Positions 26,339 through 39,875 of a stretch of DNA of 64,000 bases are shown here, piece by piece. The notes below the pieces were generated by a model. That model was not told where the DNA came from. It ran no database searches and saw nothing but the letters and a program-made list of their open reading frames with translations. The DNA is from Ionaspis alba. Its lineage: Eukaryota. Made by a program: the position numbers and the translations under genes. Where the stretch lies: NCBI GenBank assembly GCA_964255285.1, contig CAXUUL010000014.1, positions 1-64,000 of the forward strand, written 5' to 3'. Position 1 is the stretch's first letter; each line of letters opens with the position of its first letter.

Positions 26339-29300
26339 TCAGCTCAAAGTCCCACATCCCACACACTCCAACCTCCTTTCCCCCCTCACAACTCTCGCCC
26401 GAAAATTGTCTCCTCCACACGCCGTACATCTCACCTCGCCATCCGCCTCCGTCTCCGCATCATTCGAAACAACATCCGAATCACTACTCAAAACACTAAC
26501 CCTACTCATGGGACTGCCACCCCTGGCTCCACCAGGTCCAGGCCTCAAATGTCTAGAATCCGTGCCCGTGCCCGAACTATCGATACTATCCCGTGCACTA
26601 GCAGCATCCAGATCGCGTGTTTTCCGCCTTTGCATCGAAGACGCCTGATCAGCGTAGGCGGCCTTGTTCCAGAACATGTAGGACTGGTGGCCGTCGAGCA
26701 TGAGGGGGTCGGAATTGTGACTCAAGAGTGGAGAGCGGTTATCCGGAGCGGAAGGGGAAGGGTTGAGAGTTGGCGACTGGGAAAGGGTTGAAGCGGAAGG
26801 GTTGGGATTTGTGGTACCAAGGACATGGGACTGCAGTCTTGGCGAGCCGATGGATTTACGGGGCGAGACACTGCGATGAATGCGGGGACTGTTGGCGGCG
26901 GAAGGGATGGTGAAGGAGGGGCGAGGGCCGACGCTGTCGTGGGAGCCATTGTTACGTTCGATAGATTGGCGCCAGGACAGGATACGGTCGGAGGGGGGCG
27001 CTGTGAAGGAGTCGCGCTTGGAAGTTCGGGAAGCGCGGGTAGCGCTCGATGGGCTGCGATTGAGCATTTTCTTCGAGAAGGTCGATGAGGCGTCCCAGGT
27101 TTCGGAGCGGAGACGCTTACGGTAGGCGCAGTCTTGGCGGAAGACTTTGATGCGGCCCATGTAGTCGGCTGTGACGATGATGTTGCCGTCCAGGTGGGCG
27201 GACCGTGCAATGTAGGCTGGGGATTCTTCGGGCTTGGCGGACTTGGGAGGGGAGGGTTCGCCTGTGATGGGGGTTGAGGGAATGCTGGTTTGAGGGTCGT
27301 AGCCATTCTCTGTAGGTGGTTTGGAGGAGGTGTGGGATTCCGATCGACTGATCAATGTCACGGGAGGTGGATTGCAGAGTTCGTAAAGTGGATCACCGGA
27401 TGCTTGGAGGAGTTGCCGGGTTTTGATAGGGGCCATTATTGCGTTTGTGATGATTGCAGAGTGGGCTTCGAACATCTCCACTGGACGTTTATCCTTGTCT
27501 TTCTCAGGCGGACCGGTCGACCAAATATAGACTTTTTTGTCTTCGCTCCCGCAGATGACATATTTGGCGTCATCACTGAAAGCAGCTCGGATCTGGCTAC
27601 CTGTGTTCTCGTTGCCCTTGAGTTTCAATTCCAGTCCCTTATCTCGGTAGTTGTAGACTCTCACTCGAGAATCATTCGTAGTGATGAGTAGCTTGATCTC
27701 GCCATTAGGATCCCCTGGAGGGTAGTTGATGGCTTGGATGCCCGTGACCTTGCTTCCTTTGGCATTCTTGCCATGGGCCGATCTGACTTGCATAGAAGTC
27801 TGATACTTGAGGCCCTCAGTCTCGTAAAACATACAGAGACCTGTGAGACATCCTGCAATGGCAAACTTGCCATCGGGAGTAAAGGTTACTGAAGTGATCA
27901 GATCCTGAAGTTGGCTCCAGAATGCAACACTTTTGTCAGGAATGCTCCACAACCGAAGTTTCGAGTCCAATGAGCCAGCAAGAAAGAAGCGATCGTCTCT
28001 TGGATGGAATTGGATGGAAGTGACGAAGTCGCTGTGCTTGAAACAGCACAGACACTCGGTGCGCGATGTGTGCCATAATCGTACAGTCTTGTCCATAGAC
28101 GAGGAGAGAAGGAAATTGTTCTACGCCTATCAGTAAGAGAAGAGCCGCACTCCTTGTGTGGTTGGCTGACCTTGCTCCAGCTCAAGTCCAGGACACTGGC
28201 GGTATGACCCTGGTATTCCTGGACTGGCTTGGTCTTGAACACAGGTGCGCTCAATCTTGTCCGCGCCCCTTCGTTGTTTGGTGCCGCCTCATGCATGGTT
28301 CTGTCCTCCTCGTTTGCGATCACCGCCCATACTCTTACAATGTGATCGTGACCTCCTGCAGCCAGGAATCGCCCATCCTTAGAGAATCCCATTGCCCATA
28401 CCGCATTGCCATCTTGTGATTTCGCTGCCGGATTCACCGGACCGCTCTTCGCTGATCTCCCACCTGCTTGCGCAATCTCGACGCCCGTCCTGCCTCTAAG
28501 CTCTTGGGCTAAGAAGACTCGATTAAAATCCTTCTCTTTCTTCCCCCGCGAACGCACTTTGATGTACTTCGGAGGCGCAGGAAATCTCGGAACGAAACCG
28601 ATAGGTTGAGAGAACACGTCAGCGTCTGTGCCCTCAGCCCGTTTGTCCCCATACTCGGACTCGTCATCCTGGTACTCGATTGGTGTTTCTTTCTTCTTCG
28701 AACCAATGAAGCGACTGAGGAACGAGACGCCTCTTCTGCATGCGCCATTAGCTTAGCATATTGCAGAGAGTTATGCGATCGACACAGGGGTGATCGTTTC
28801 AAAGATATAAAGTGGAGGGTAGCACACGATCAGATCTTGAGAGATTGCTCACTTCTTATCCTTGGAAAGAGAGCCGGAGGTGTCGGCTCTCACAACGGTT
28901 GGATCTGGAAGTGCGCGTACAGGTGCAGCTACAGCACCAGTCTCGGGTGTCTCTGGATCGCCTTCGTCTGAGTTCATAGTCCCAGTCCGAGCTTTTTGAG
29001 ATATCATGCCTTCTGGATGTGTCCGTTCGAGGATATGCTGTAAGACGATGCAGTGTGAGCTGGCGTGGTCGAAGAAGATGGTCGCCGTGTACGTACTTGC
29101 GACAAAGGATCAATGGCTATCTGAGAGTCTCTCCTGCCATCTCCACCAGCCCCATGACCAGCTGGAATGACATGGTTAGATGAAAGGTTGCGAATCAGCT
29201 TGTTGGGGAAGCTCTTTCCGTTCGATACCGGCTTGCCTTCGATTGCAGTCAGCCAAAGACGGACAAGACTCGCCGTAGATAGTATTGAGTCCAGATGATA

Positions 29301-29453
29301 TATCTCACCATCAATAGAGCCTCCCACTTTCCCACGCCCGTTTGCCGTGACTCCCCCATCCGTGTTGGGAGACTGTGCAGGTGACCCCGTCGCACGAGAG
29401 CCATCGCCAGGTGATTGGACAGTGATCTGAGGAGTAGATGCCGCCGCCATCAT
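26339..29453 (-). CDS. WD-repeat protein, WDR44/Ymr102c-Dgr2 family
   Basis: FNRVFLAQEL, FSKDGRFLAAGG, GHTASVLDLSWSK|NNFLLSSSMDKTVRLWH, FKHSDFVTSIQFHPRDDRFFLAGSLDSKLRLWSI. Multiple 5' introns. C-terminal CxxC..CxxC. Confidence 0.92.
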
Positions 29454-31635
29454 GGACCACCGACTGACGCATTTGATGCGTTCAAGGTATAGGGAAGATG
29501 AAGCTCGCAGGCATCGGTGAGGATGCTTCTTCGCTGTTTTCCAGTCGATGGGTCTGCTTCCTCGCGGATGTATGCGGCTAGCACACCATACTGTAGATGT
29601 GCGTGGATTAACACATTACAAGGTTGAGGATGACTTGATGAACGTTGGACAACGACGCGATGAAAGAGAAGTTGTCGACTGGCCTCAGAGCAGTGCTTCC
29701 TCCAAGGCTCAAACCCACTTTCTTGCGGCCGCCGTTTGGTTCGTGTTCACGGTCCCTAGAAGGACGTCATTTTAGTTGGTCGTCTTAGTTGGTTAGCAAC
29801 GGCGCCCGAGTGGCTATAGGGCTGTACGATCTAGGATTCCCCCGCGGGGGCCCCGTACCCCCATTTCGCCGTTGGGAAGGCATTGAGACCTCTTTCATTT
29901 TTTGGGAGAAATAACAGCAAATTAATGAGCTACACTGCAGATCATTTTATGTAGACATGGTGTCAGAAGTGGGAAAATTGTTAGTCTGTTGGTCGATTGA
30001 TGTCCAGCTGTCTTGTGTATGTCTACCAATGTGTCATTGCCCATATTATTTAGGTTCTGTTGATGAACATACTAAAGCTGGGGGGAGAAGTGCTCTAGGG
30101 GTGTCCAAAGATAGCCCATTAAGGCTAAGTTGACCTCGAAGATTGTCTTGGATTCAATAGTCAAGAAAAAAAATGTGAGGCTGTGGCGCTCAGATTGACT
30201 CGGAGACAGACACCGACCATATGACAGGTGCATTTGTTCAGGAAAGCTATCGAACAATAGTACGGCAAAGGAGAACCAAGAGCAACTTCTCATTAATAAG
30301 ATGACTCTGCTCAAAGCCATCTCATCCCATGTGCTCCGATAGGGAACAGTACCTCAACTAGGATGCACATCTGTTTCTCTCGCGACAAACCTCCGGATGG
30401 ATACTGCATTAGCCAAATAGATGGATGCTAGGATACTGGGTATCTCCTTGCATATGATCGAGATTGAAGAGGTTCGAGAAGCGCGGAGGCGGCCCTCTGA
30501 AGGGCCTTTCCGTGTAACGACGGGAAACCCCTGGATAGCATGACCATTTTGTCACTAGAGGAGAATCTTTGGAGGGTAGAGAAAAGTTTTCGAAGGTGGT
30601 TCTCAGACGCATTTCCTTAATGGTGAGGCATTTTCGTGAGGCACGGGACCGTAGTCGGCATTATTTTGAATCCTCGCAACTAGCTGAAATCATATTCGGT
30701 GGTCTTGAGATCGAACAAGATCAAAGTCTGCAGTGGTATCGACTGTGGAGCAGTAGGCCTATATATGCGCACTGTAGTTTGGAGTTTAACGTCGTGAATG
30801 CGCGATGAAGAACGAATTCCATGTTATTGCGGTCTAGGTACAGATGATTGAAGTAGATCGTCAATTATAAAGATGTTTATACGAGCTCGACCCGAGCAGA
30901 CAACAAAGTGATGCAGCTGGTACGCATGCAAGAGCACCGAATTAAAAATCAAGGCGAGCGCCGTCACATATGTTAATCAGGCCCTAAACCACTGCTCTGG
31001 GGTCGTTTTCCGGATTCTAGGTTGTCTGTGCGGCGCATCATTTTGTGGAGGAAAGATGCAAGACTAAGCGTCAAGACTGTGGATGGGCTGCAAGCCCTCG
31101 TGGTGGTCGCCGATCTTCGCTTTGCACCTTTGCGACCTCTTCCCGTGCCTTGTTTTGGAGCCCACCCGATATTCGAATGGTCGAGGCACTGTTATGGTGT
31201 GGTCGCCATGGCAAATTTTCAATGGATGTGCCTGACTGCAAAAAACTTGCGGACGAAAGTCAATTAAATTGCTCAGGTGACAGCGGGCGTTGTGAGTCGC
31301 ATGCCGGCTTGCCTCATCTGAATAATATGGCGGATATCCTTACAATTTAGCTGCCCACGTCGAAGCCTGAAGCCGTTTGGCACATCCTTGCGGCTCAGCT
31401 CCCTATTCGTCGTCTGCAGGGGATCGACTAGGTTCTCCGCAATTTCCATCTTTTTCGGTGCACCTGAACAATAATGCCAGAGGTCTAGTAGGTACTTGAT
31501 CAACATGAAGCCCACCATGGACAGAACTACCTCGACGACCTCTGCCCCAGAGATCCAGTGTTCTCCAGTCCTGTCGCCGACTCCAATTCTTCAACGCGAT
31601 GTCAGGGTGATTTCTCGCGAACTCGATCTCCAAAG

Positions 31636-32484
31636 ATGATCTTCAATTGGTATTCCGCCAATCATGGCGCCAGTCGAAACACCTTTCCTTTCTTTGCAGA
31701 AGCCACGCCTTCAACGAGGCTCTTGTTCTCCTCCTTATCGACCGATATCCCTATGCGCCCATTACACAAAAGAGTGCGACCAAAAACAGACGTGGATGGA
31801 GAAGGATCGGGGACGGTTCAAAAGAAGAAGCGAAGACTTCGATTGAATCTCGTTACTTCAAGACTCAGTCGACCATACGCGACTCCAGCCACACATATCG
31901 CCGGCCGAGGTACTCCCAAGATCTGTATGTGGACTCGAAGAAGGGCAATAGGACAGGATCTTTTGCGGAAAGCAGCACTCATGAACTCGACCAAATCAAA
32001 ACACGTGCGAGGGAAGGGCGGTGATCCACGATCTCAACCAGCTTTGATAGCTTCGAAGATCCATGATTGCATGGACGGTCTCATAGTCGGTGACGATATT
32101 ATTGCGGACAGGAAAGACGACCACCACCACCTACCGCCTTCGTCCATAACACCACCTTCACAGCCTTTCACGACGTACCCCTCACCTCTGGGCTCTACAA
32201 GCTATAACGCGTTCGATTTGGATAGTGATTTGTATAATGATGATGAGTGGGAAGATACAGAAGAGGACGAGAGCGAGGCGATCAACAGTGATTTCAACAA
32301 CCGGGGACCCGCAGAAGATATGCTTGATGACTACGACCTGTGCATGCCTCCCGAGTACGACATAACTGAATCATTTCCACAAAGGTCATCCTCGCACGAA
32401 GAATTGGAAGTTGTCAAGGAGATAAAAGACGAAAAAGAAGGATCACTCGGCCAAATAGAAGGTAGAGCGATCGTCACTTACTGA
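31636..32484 (+). CDS. Hypothetical protein with basic NLS-like and acidic regions
   Basis: Intact ORF of about 280 aa containing KKKRRLRLNLVTSRLSRPYATPATHI and an acidic C-terminal half. The start codon is uncertain. Confidence 0.75.
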   Translation: MIFNWYSANHGASRNTFPFFAEATPSTRLLFSSLSTDIPMRPLHKRVRPKTDVDGEGSGTVQKKKRRLRLNLVTSRLSRPYATPATHIAGRGTPKICMWTRRRAIGQDLLRKAALMNSTKSKHVRGKGGDPRSQPALIASKIHDCMDGLIVGDDIIADRKDDHHHLPPSSITPPSQPFTTYPSPLGSTSYNAFDLDSDLYNDDEWEDTEEDESEAINSDFNNRGPAEDMLDDYDLCMPPEYDITESFPQRSSSHEELEVVKEIKDEKEGSLGQIEGRAIVTY

Positions 32485-32664
32485 GTAGTCATGAATGTTC
32501 ATATAAAGATGAGAAAGGGGCTATCGGATCGCTTGGAGGATATTTCGGCGTTTCAAAGAAAATGGTCGATATACCCCGGATCAGCAAGTCTTTCCACACG
32601 CAGACGCAAGGGAGTTTGTGGATTACAACGAATGTATGCAATATCCAAAAAGCAATGTTCTATC

Positions 32665-33310
32665 CTATTGACCAACCAAAGCCTTGTTTGCACGATCAGC
32701 CGCAATCTCACACATAGCCTGCCCAGAAGTCAGCCCCCGTAAACCCAATGTTCGAGAAGCCGACGGCACCTTGATTGCATCTGTCCTCTCTAACTTAATG
32801 TCACCTCGTTCGATGCGAGACTTCATGTCCTCCATAATGGTTATCCTGGGACGTCCATTGACGAAAGTCCTGTTATACTCAGGAGAAGCTTCCCGGAGAT
32901 AGCACTCCGCCGACTCACACGTATCGAAGGCCTGGGAATGTATGCTCGTATTGTGTATTCAATTTTGCCAACTGTTCTGTTTCCTCCTGACCACCCGATT
33001 GCAGCTGTGCCTGCTCTGACTTGCTTTGTGCACTATCAATCTTCTTCTCTCCCAATCGTGGATGTGCTCCCAGTATCTTTTCTAGCCATTCTGAGTCACT
33101 CGTAGAGGCCGACTCCGCAAGGTCGGTAAGCTGCACTCCGATACTTGCAATCATGTCATTATAGGATGAGAAAGCTTTCTCATGCAGAAGTTCCACGGAA
33201 AGTGTATGCAGCTGCGTGCATGGTTCGAACAGCATGTCAAGCACAGCTGCACGTTCTGCAGTGGAAAGCTCCGAGAGAGCTTCAATGGGGGGTAGCTTTG
33301 ATGCTGCCAT
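32665..33310 (-). CDS. OHCU decarboxylase (urate degradation)
   Basis: VLDMLFEP, ILGAHPRLG, QSKSEQ, LNTQYEHTFPGLRY|VTFVNGR, AIK|AMCEIAADRA. Two introns. Confidence 0.92.
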
Positions 33311-33807
33311 GACCAACTAGAACTATGGCAGGTTCGACATAGAACGATGTTGGCTGCTAGTGCTGAAAGTGGCTATCATGTGTCACAGAGGACACGTCTC
33401 GAATCGGTGCCAAAAGTTGCTTTTTTGACCATTGCTGTGCGAGGGTAGTCCCCACGTTTTGATACCACAGACAGATAAGGTTTCGGGACCTGCGCGACGC
33501 TAGAACTATTACGATATCTCGAATCTGGATTTCTGCTTCACCTCGTGGCATTCACAATAAATAGAACTCGAGCCTTTAGCTTGCTGCTCCTACAAACTCA
33601 TACTTATGACTGGGGAGACCCACCACGGAGATATCGCCGCCTCCCCTGTTCTCAATTAATGGAATTGCTGCTATGCCATTTTTCCGCCTTTCCTCGATTG
33701 CCCCTGAGAGCTGATCCGCGTGTTTGTCGACCTATCAAAAATAATTGGAAGCCATCGTGTGGTCCAAGCACGTGGCACATGTGTAAGAAAGCCATTGGGA
33801 GGCGGTC

Positions 33808-36800
33808 ATGTCACTCAATGGACTCGATAATGCAGTGATCAATCAGGCATACCAAGCTGCGGCGGGAGATCCGGGAGGATGGTACAGACCACGAGATCTG
33901 TGCACATATGCATATGCTGATGCGACCGCGCACAGGTTCCTGCTCAAGTACGCCACCAGGGATGAAGTAGACATTTTCAAACAAGGCAGTGGCAGCGTAG
34001 TGGAGGTCAAGCTGGCAGTTGCGCAGTACAATGAGAAGTCTCCATTATATGGCTTGGTTCTATATCGTCGGAGAAAGGTCCTCCTCAAGTACCTTCCAGA
34101 TGGGACTTCGCGTCTTCTACGAGGTATGTTGAACCATTATTCGTTGCAGAAGCAGGACGTAGTTGATACATATCTCTCAGCACGACTTGCCGTTCACTTC
34201 CAATCAGTCATTGAGAAGTTCGCCCACGATGCTATCATTTCCTTCACCGAACCCTCCGATCTAAGTGATACTCTCTTCTCATCCTCTGTGTCTCTTCCAA
34301 AATCTTCAAACTCGGTCAAGTCCTCAAACAGCTCTCTAGAAAAGAGACGCCTCACGGAGATCACAGAAGATGTTGAGAATACTACACGTTCGGATGGGTT
34401 GGCAGTGGGTAGCTCCTCGCAGAATAGGGACCGGAACAGGTCTGGAAGGGGTCATTCAATTGTCTCAATACGTAGCGGTGATACTGCAAAAGATGGAACA
34501 ATACCCGTCAGCAACGTGTTATCTGGGATGAACGAACAAGCTAGAATCGTTGCGTCTACTAAAACGAACGACAAACCGCGGAACCTAGATAAGTCTTTAC
34601 CTGCGACCCCAAAGGACTCTTCGCACGAAGCAATGAAAAGTGGAGACTCCACTGTGAACGATCAATTTGAGAGCAGGCCCAGTGTGGACAGACGTCAGTC
34701 ATCACAGTCAACTCGACCCTCGACGCGAAACCTCTACAGCGCGTACAAGCCAAGGGTTAAACTAGCATCTCGGCCTTCACTCGAGTACGCAAGAGCTCAT
34801 TCTTCTGGGACGTATGCTCGATCGAATGAACCTCGTCCCGTTTCAACATTACCAGTCGGTCTACGTATGCCTCAGCGCATGGCAATTCTGGAACGACCGC
34901 AATCTCATCATACGTCCCGTGGACCTAAGTTCGACAGCTCAAAAATGCCTCCTCTTCCGTTTGCAAACCAAGTTATCTCTGGTGCCGCATCTGAGCGACC
35001 TGCATCTAGAGCCGGCAGCACAACCAGCGTCTCAACTTATGCCAATCACACTACCAATTATGCTGACTCGAAGTCTTCCACAGCAACTCCGGAAAAGATA
35101 AGACTGATGAAGGCCTTGCAAATGAGGAAGAAGCAAATGGAAAGGAGAATACCAGAAGAATATGCCACGTCGCAGCCGACCAAGTTACCTATAGATCATC
35201 AGCATATGAATGAAGTGCCAGTACACGACGAAATGTCAAGAAAACTCGAGGAGGTCTCTCATGATGGACATGAGTCTGATATCATGCATGTCGACCCGAA
35301 GGACCTAATAAATTCTCCAAACACGAATCTCGATCCTTCTTCAATATCTACTTCTGATGAAGCCTCCACTCGTAGCACGTCAATTGTGGCTGCCGGAGCG
35401 AGTTCTCCCGAAGCTTCAGCAAAACAACCTGAGGAGCCGAATAACAGAAATGATCACGGGGAGGCAGCTATGACGCAGATAGATAATGAAGGAACAGAGT
35501 CTGTTCAACCAGACCGTGTTGATGTTATTCATCCAAATGAGGATAATATTGATACCACGATGGAGGGTTCCGGACGTCAAACGCACGTTGCTCAGCACTG
35601 GTCGTCACTTCCTTCACCAATATTGGATGAGGAAGAGGAGACGCGCATCCCTGAAGATGAGGCTTCTGCCGAGGCAACCGTACCCCAAGATGTGCCGCTG
35701 CCGCCCATGGACGAAGAAGAGAAGGAACTACTGCAGACGACTCTAAGGGGCACGGATCAACACGCTAAAGCTCCCCTTCCAGATGGGGCAACGAGCCCAC
35801 CAGAGGAATTGTCACCTTCTCATTCTCAGCGTGTGGACAGGCGCGCAGTTCACAGCTTCACTATGACAAGACCATCCACTGCAGATTCTATTGATATCCA
35901 AAATATGGCGCGTAAGGCGAAACGACGTGGATTGATCGACCCTATCCAAATTGTGTCAAATGCTGAACTGTCGGACGATAATTTCTTGTCAGACGATTCG
36001 TTCATGGAGGAGCTACAAAGTGCCACTGTACAGCAGGCGAAGCCAATACTCGTTTCCAGATCTCCTGTCACATCCGTATTTCCAAATTCTCCAAACTCGC
36101 TCAGTCGACGGCAGTCTAACGAAGTGCCGAAATTAGTTCGCACTAGATCAACTCCAGGAGACAGTGAACTATCTCCTACCGGTGAAATCCCGCCTCCGGT
36201 ACTACCAAACTCGAGTCCCAAATCTCAACACGAACCTGAATCTCCCGAAAAGGCCAATGGTTCTCGATCCGTCTCGAATCCGCTAGATGATGCAAGTAGA
36301 GGTAGTCCAAAGCATCTCTCGCCAGCATCTCCCAAATCTTTTCTCTCCCGCAGGTCTCTATCGATCTCTCCCACACCAGGAGCAACGCCAGATTCACAAG
36401 GGACCCTAACCAAGAAGACCGGTGTCTCGTCTCTAATATCACAAAGAATTCGTGCTCTTGAGCGATTTTCGAGCCCTGGTTCGCAACCCGCTTCTTCATC
36501 TCCTACTATCACGCCAAGTCTTGTTAGCGTGCGGAAACCCTCGTTCAGTACTCCGCCAGGCACTGCGAACTCCTATGATATGCCTTCTAGTGCGAAATGG
36601 CGAGGCAAGAAAGATGCTCCTTACCCTACACCATCTCCATCACCCCATGGCAACCTCGTCTCGGAAGGGCATAATTCGAAGGCAGAGAATGCGTGGAAAA
36701 CGCCGTCAGAGTCCGTCTCTGTCACAGCAACTATTGTTCGCGATGCCACTAATCAAAAACCTGAGATTCCATCGAATCCGTCCGAACCCGTCAATATGGC

Positions 36801-37759
36801 CCTGCATCACAGCCCACTGATGGTGCTTCACGAAAACGCTTCGTCAGCCTCTTCCAAAACACCAAAGAAGACCTCGAAGTCAAAAGCCAGCAGTGTCAAA
36901 TCCAGCTCTACAACAGGCCCGGAATCCAAAAAGGAAATGCTCGCATCTCCAAGACGCGAATCTCTAATAAGTAGACGGTCTTCGTCGAGCCGTAAAAGCA
37001 TGGATGCTTCTCGGCCACTCAGTCCAGCATCCTCTGATGGGCCAGCCAGCGTCGATGGCACGAGCGAGGACAAGAAGGAGTCGAGAAGCAGTAGACTATT
37101 CAAGCGAATGTCTTTGATATCGGCAGTCTCGCGCCGAAGTATTGCTCAAGCTCTGGGACCTTCTGTCAAGGAAGAGCCCATCATCGAACGGCATGAACCC
37201 GCTATTCCTGAGGCGACGCCAATGGCTGTGGATCTCGGAGAGTTGAACATACAATTTCCGGATACTCTTGTGAGTGTGCAACATCAAATTAGTTGCTTCT
37301 ACTGACTTTTCGCAGCTTTGGAAGCGACGCCATATGACGATTGACCCTCAAGGCTACCTCGTCCTTTCGCCGTCAACAACGGACAATGTAAGTCATCGCT
37401 TGCCCTCTCTACAAGTTTCTTTTCTAAACTCTGACTCTTTAGCCCTCCCGAGTGGCAATCAAACGCTACCACCTCTCTGAATTCCGACCACCCTATCTGC
37501 CAGACCAAGACCGTCAGGAACTACCAAACAGTAGGCTGGCTCAATTACCTCTCTGACAATGATTGGCTAACAAATTACAGGCGTGGTTCTTGATTTCAAT
37601 GACGGCAGCACCTTGCAATGTGCTTGCGAGAGTCTGAGCGACCAAGCGTGGGTGTCAAAAGGTAAGCTTGCACAGAAGTCCGCGATTCGAGCCGTGCCAT
37701 CTAACATCTTCCTCTCCGTAGCTCTCTTCGATGCCTACCACGCTTGCAATTCCACCTAG
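33808..37759 (+). CDS. Large protein with N-terminal ADF-H/cofilin-like domain, long Ser/Pro-rich linker and C-terminal PH-like domain
   Basis: MSLNGLD..GGW|FLLKYATRDEV..PLYG..YRRRKVLLKYLPDGTSRL. C-terminal LNIQFPDTL|LWKRRHMTID..YHLSEF..PDQDRQELPN|SVVLDF across several introns. Stop at 37757-37759. Confidence 0.8.
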
Positions 37760-38630
37760 TCTCAGCTATTTCTCTCACCAATCAACTCTCTGCAGCAACC
37801 AGTCGCCACTTCCAGAGACGCATCCAAAGATTCTCCGTTCCTTGATTCTACATTCCAGTGTTCGTGAAGGACATAATTTCCTTATGACTGTAAACGTCCG
37901 CATGAATAATACCCCTCCTTGTACACAACATCTGCATATCTTCTATAATATTGCGACGTCTGTATAGCACATGGGTGTTTGGATGGAAAAGCGCTGCCGG
38001 GAGGTTGGATCTCTGGGTGGTTGTTTATAGGCGAAGGGCAATTTGGTTCCGTTGAGTGTAGATAGTTGTATTTAGGTATATGGTAACAAATTTCTGCATA
38101 AGGGAGATGGCGCGGCCTTGAGTGCGTTGACGTCTTCATGTCTCTTTGGCCTCATACCACGGTATGTATCGAGAGGAGGACGTGACCTTTATGTCACGAC
38201 GATTCCGTGATTAATTGTAGCTAGTATACCATTGCGGACGACCTGGTCTATCATTCTGATATTGCCGATTTCACAATGAGATCCGGGCCCGTACTGTACG
38301 TGCAGCACGTGAGAACGGCATTGAGCACTTGAGCTTGCGACTAAGATACAAATTGCTTTAAACAAGGCATACACGCTCCAACGTTTCTCATTCTCGATAC
38401 CCAGCAACCGATCACTGTCAGCAGTTCCTCCCTGACATACTGTGTTTCCTCTACTCCACAAACATGTACACAAGGGTAGAAGGCGCCGCGGAAACTTCGT
38501 CGAGCAAATTTTCGACTCGTAAATAAGGCTTTCGATCGACAGAGTGGCCGACAGACATTCACCTAGGCAAGGGACAAGGACAATTATGTGCATGCTAAAA
38601 CACCAAAGCACAAAGATAGAAATCAAACAA

Positions 38631-39875
38631 TCAGACCGAAGTCTTCGATATTTCCATCACCACGGGATGGAGATTGAGCCCCAAGTCCTGCAAACGTAGG
38701 AACAGCTCCTTCCTCATAGGGTGAGCAAACACATTGTCATCATAGTGGTCGAGAAGAAATTCCAAAGAGGCAGCAATGTCATCCACGGTTTGGGACACTG
38801 CTTCAACGGCGCGTGAGAAGTTCCTGGCCGCACTCTCGCATCCAGACATCATGAACTTCGCGAAGGCCTTCGCGAGCTGCGTCAAGTCTATAGCGATAGG
38901 TTCGTTACCATCGCGATTGCCTTCATTCTCACTGACCAGACCCAAGACGGTCTGGGGGTCGCCACGACACAGGCTAGCTCCGGCCATGTGGCTACAAATC
39001 TTGTTTATCTTCGGATCCAAACCCCTCAGGATGTCAGGCAGTGGGCTATCTGCCTCGACTCCAAAGAAATTGGCAATTCTCTTGACAAGTTCCACATAGC
39101 TCACAACTGATCTCCAATGCTGGATTGCTCGTCGATAAAACCCAGTGTTGTAAGCCTTCTGGGCTGCGATCGAGTATTCTTTGAGCACAGTGAGGAAGAG
39201 ATCGGGATCAGGATCATAGGGAAGCTGTTCCAGAAAATGCTGAGCACGTTCGTGGTCGATAGCACCGGTGATAACGACTTCCCCAAATCCGTGGACATTT
39301 GCCAATGAACCCGTCAACATCCTTTGCACTGCTTTTGGATAGTTGAAGAATGACTCGCCGTAATCCAGGGTGATGGCCAATTTATGGAGACCAGGTCTAC
39401 GAACACCAGATCCAGTACCGTATTCCTGTTTTGCCTGCCACAAGCCTTCTACCAGTCGGTCAAGCATTTATGGGCTCGTGTACCGAATGATGCCTTCAAC
39501 ATCTCTCCATTCTTCCTCGTCCTCCAGGGCACCCACATGTTTGCCCTCCTCCTAGTCAGATGCTTCGAGACGCTTGACCTCGATTGTGAGTGCAGTCTTG
39601 ACCTGCTGTCTGATGTCTAGACGAGGAAAAGCGGCGAACCAATTCCAATACTCGCATCTCGTCCAGGGGTCAAATTTGAACTGCACGAAATGGTTTCTCT
39701 GATAAAGAATTGATTTTATTTCCTCCTAGATCTGATGGCTCGCTCGCATCAGAGCCACTGCGTGGAATCTGTAACATGGTCCAAATTTGCCGAAGGAGTA
39801 TGCCTAAGGAATGGTGAACATGGTGAACAGCATCTCATACACCTCGTCGCGGATTTCTCTTGGAAGATCAAGTCA
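38631..39875 (-). pseudogene. Pseudogene of an F-box-like (LDLPREIRDEVY) protein
   Basis: One continuous frame, LDLPREIRDEVYEML..ALMRASHQI.EE..ILYQRNHF.., joins the 278-aa ORF but is broken by stops at 39873-75, 39804-06, 39726-28, 39552-54 and 39468-70. Confidence 0.75.

Noticed and set aside
29839..29854. Palindrome cccccgcggggg
   Set aside because: Short, isolated and low complexity, with no associated element.
30070..31400. Short ORF fragments that could be a decayed gene or transposon
   Set aside because: No recognisable transposase, RT or other motif, and the frames do not join convincingly.
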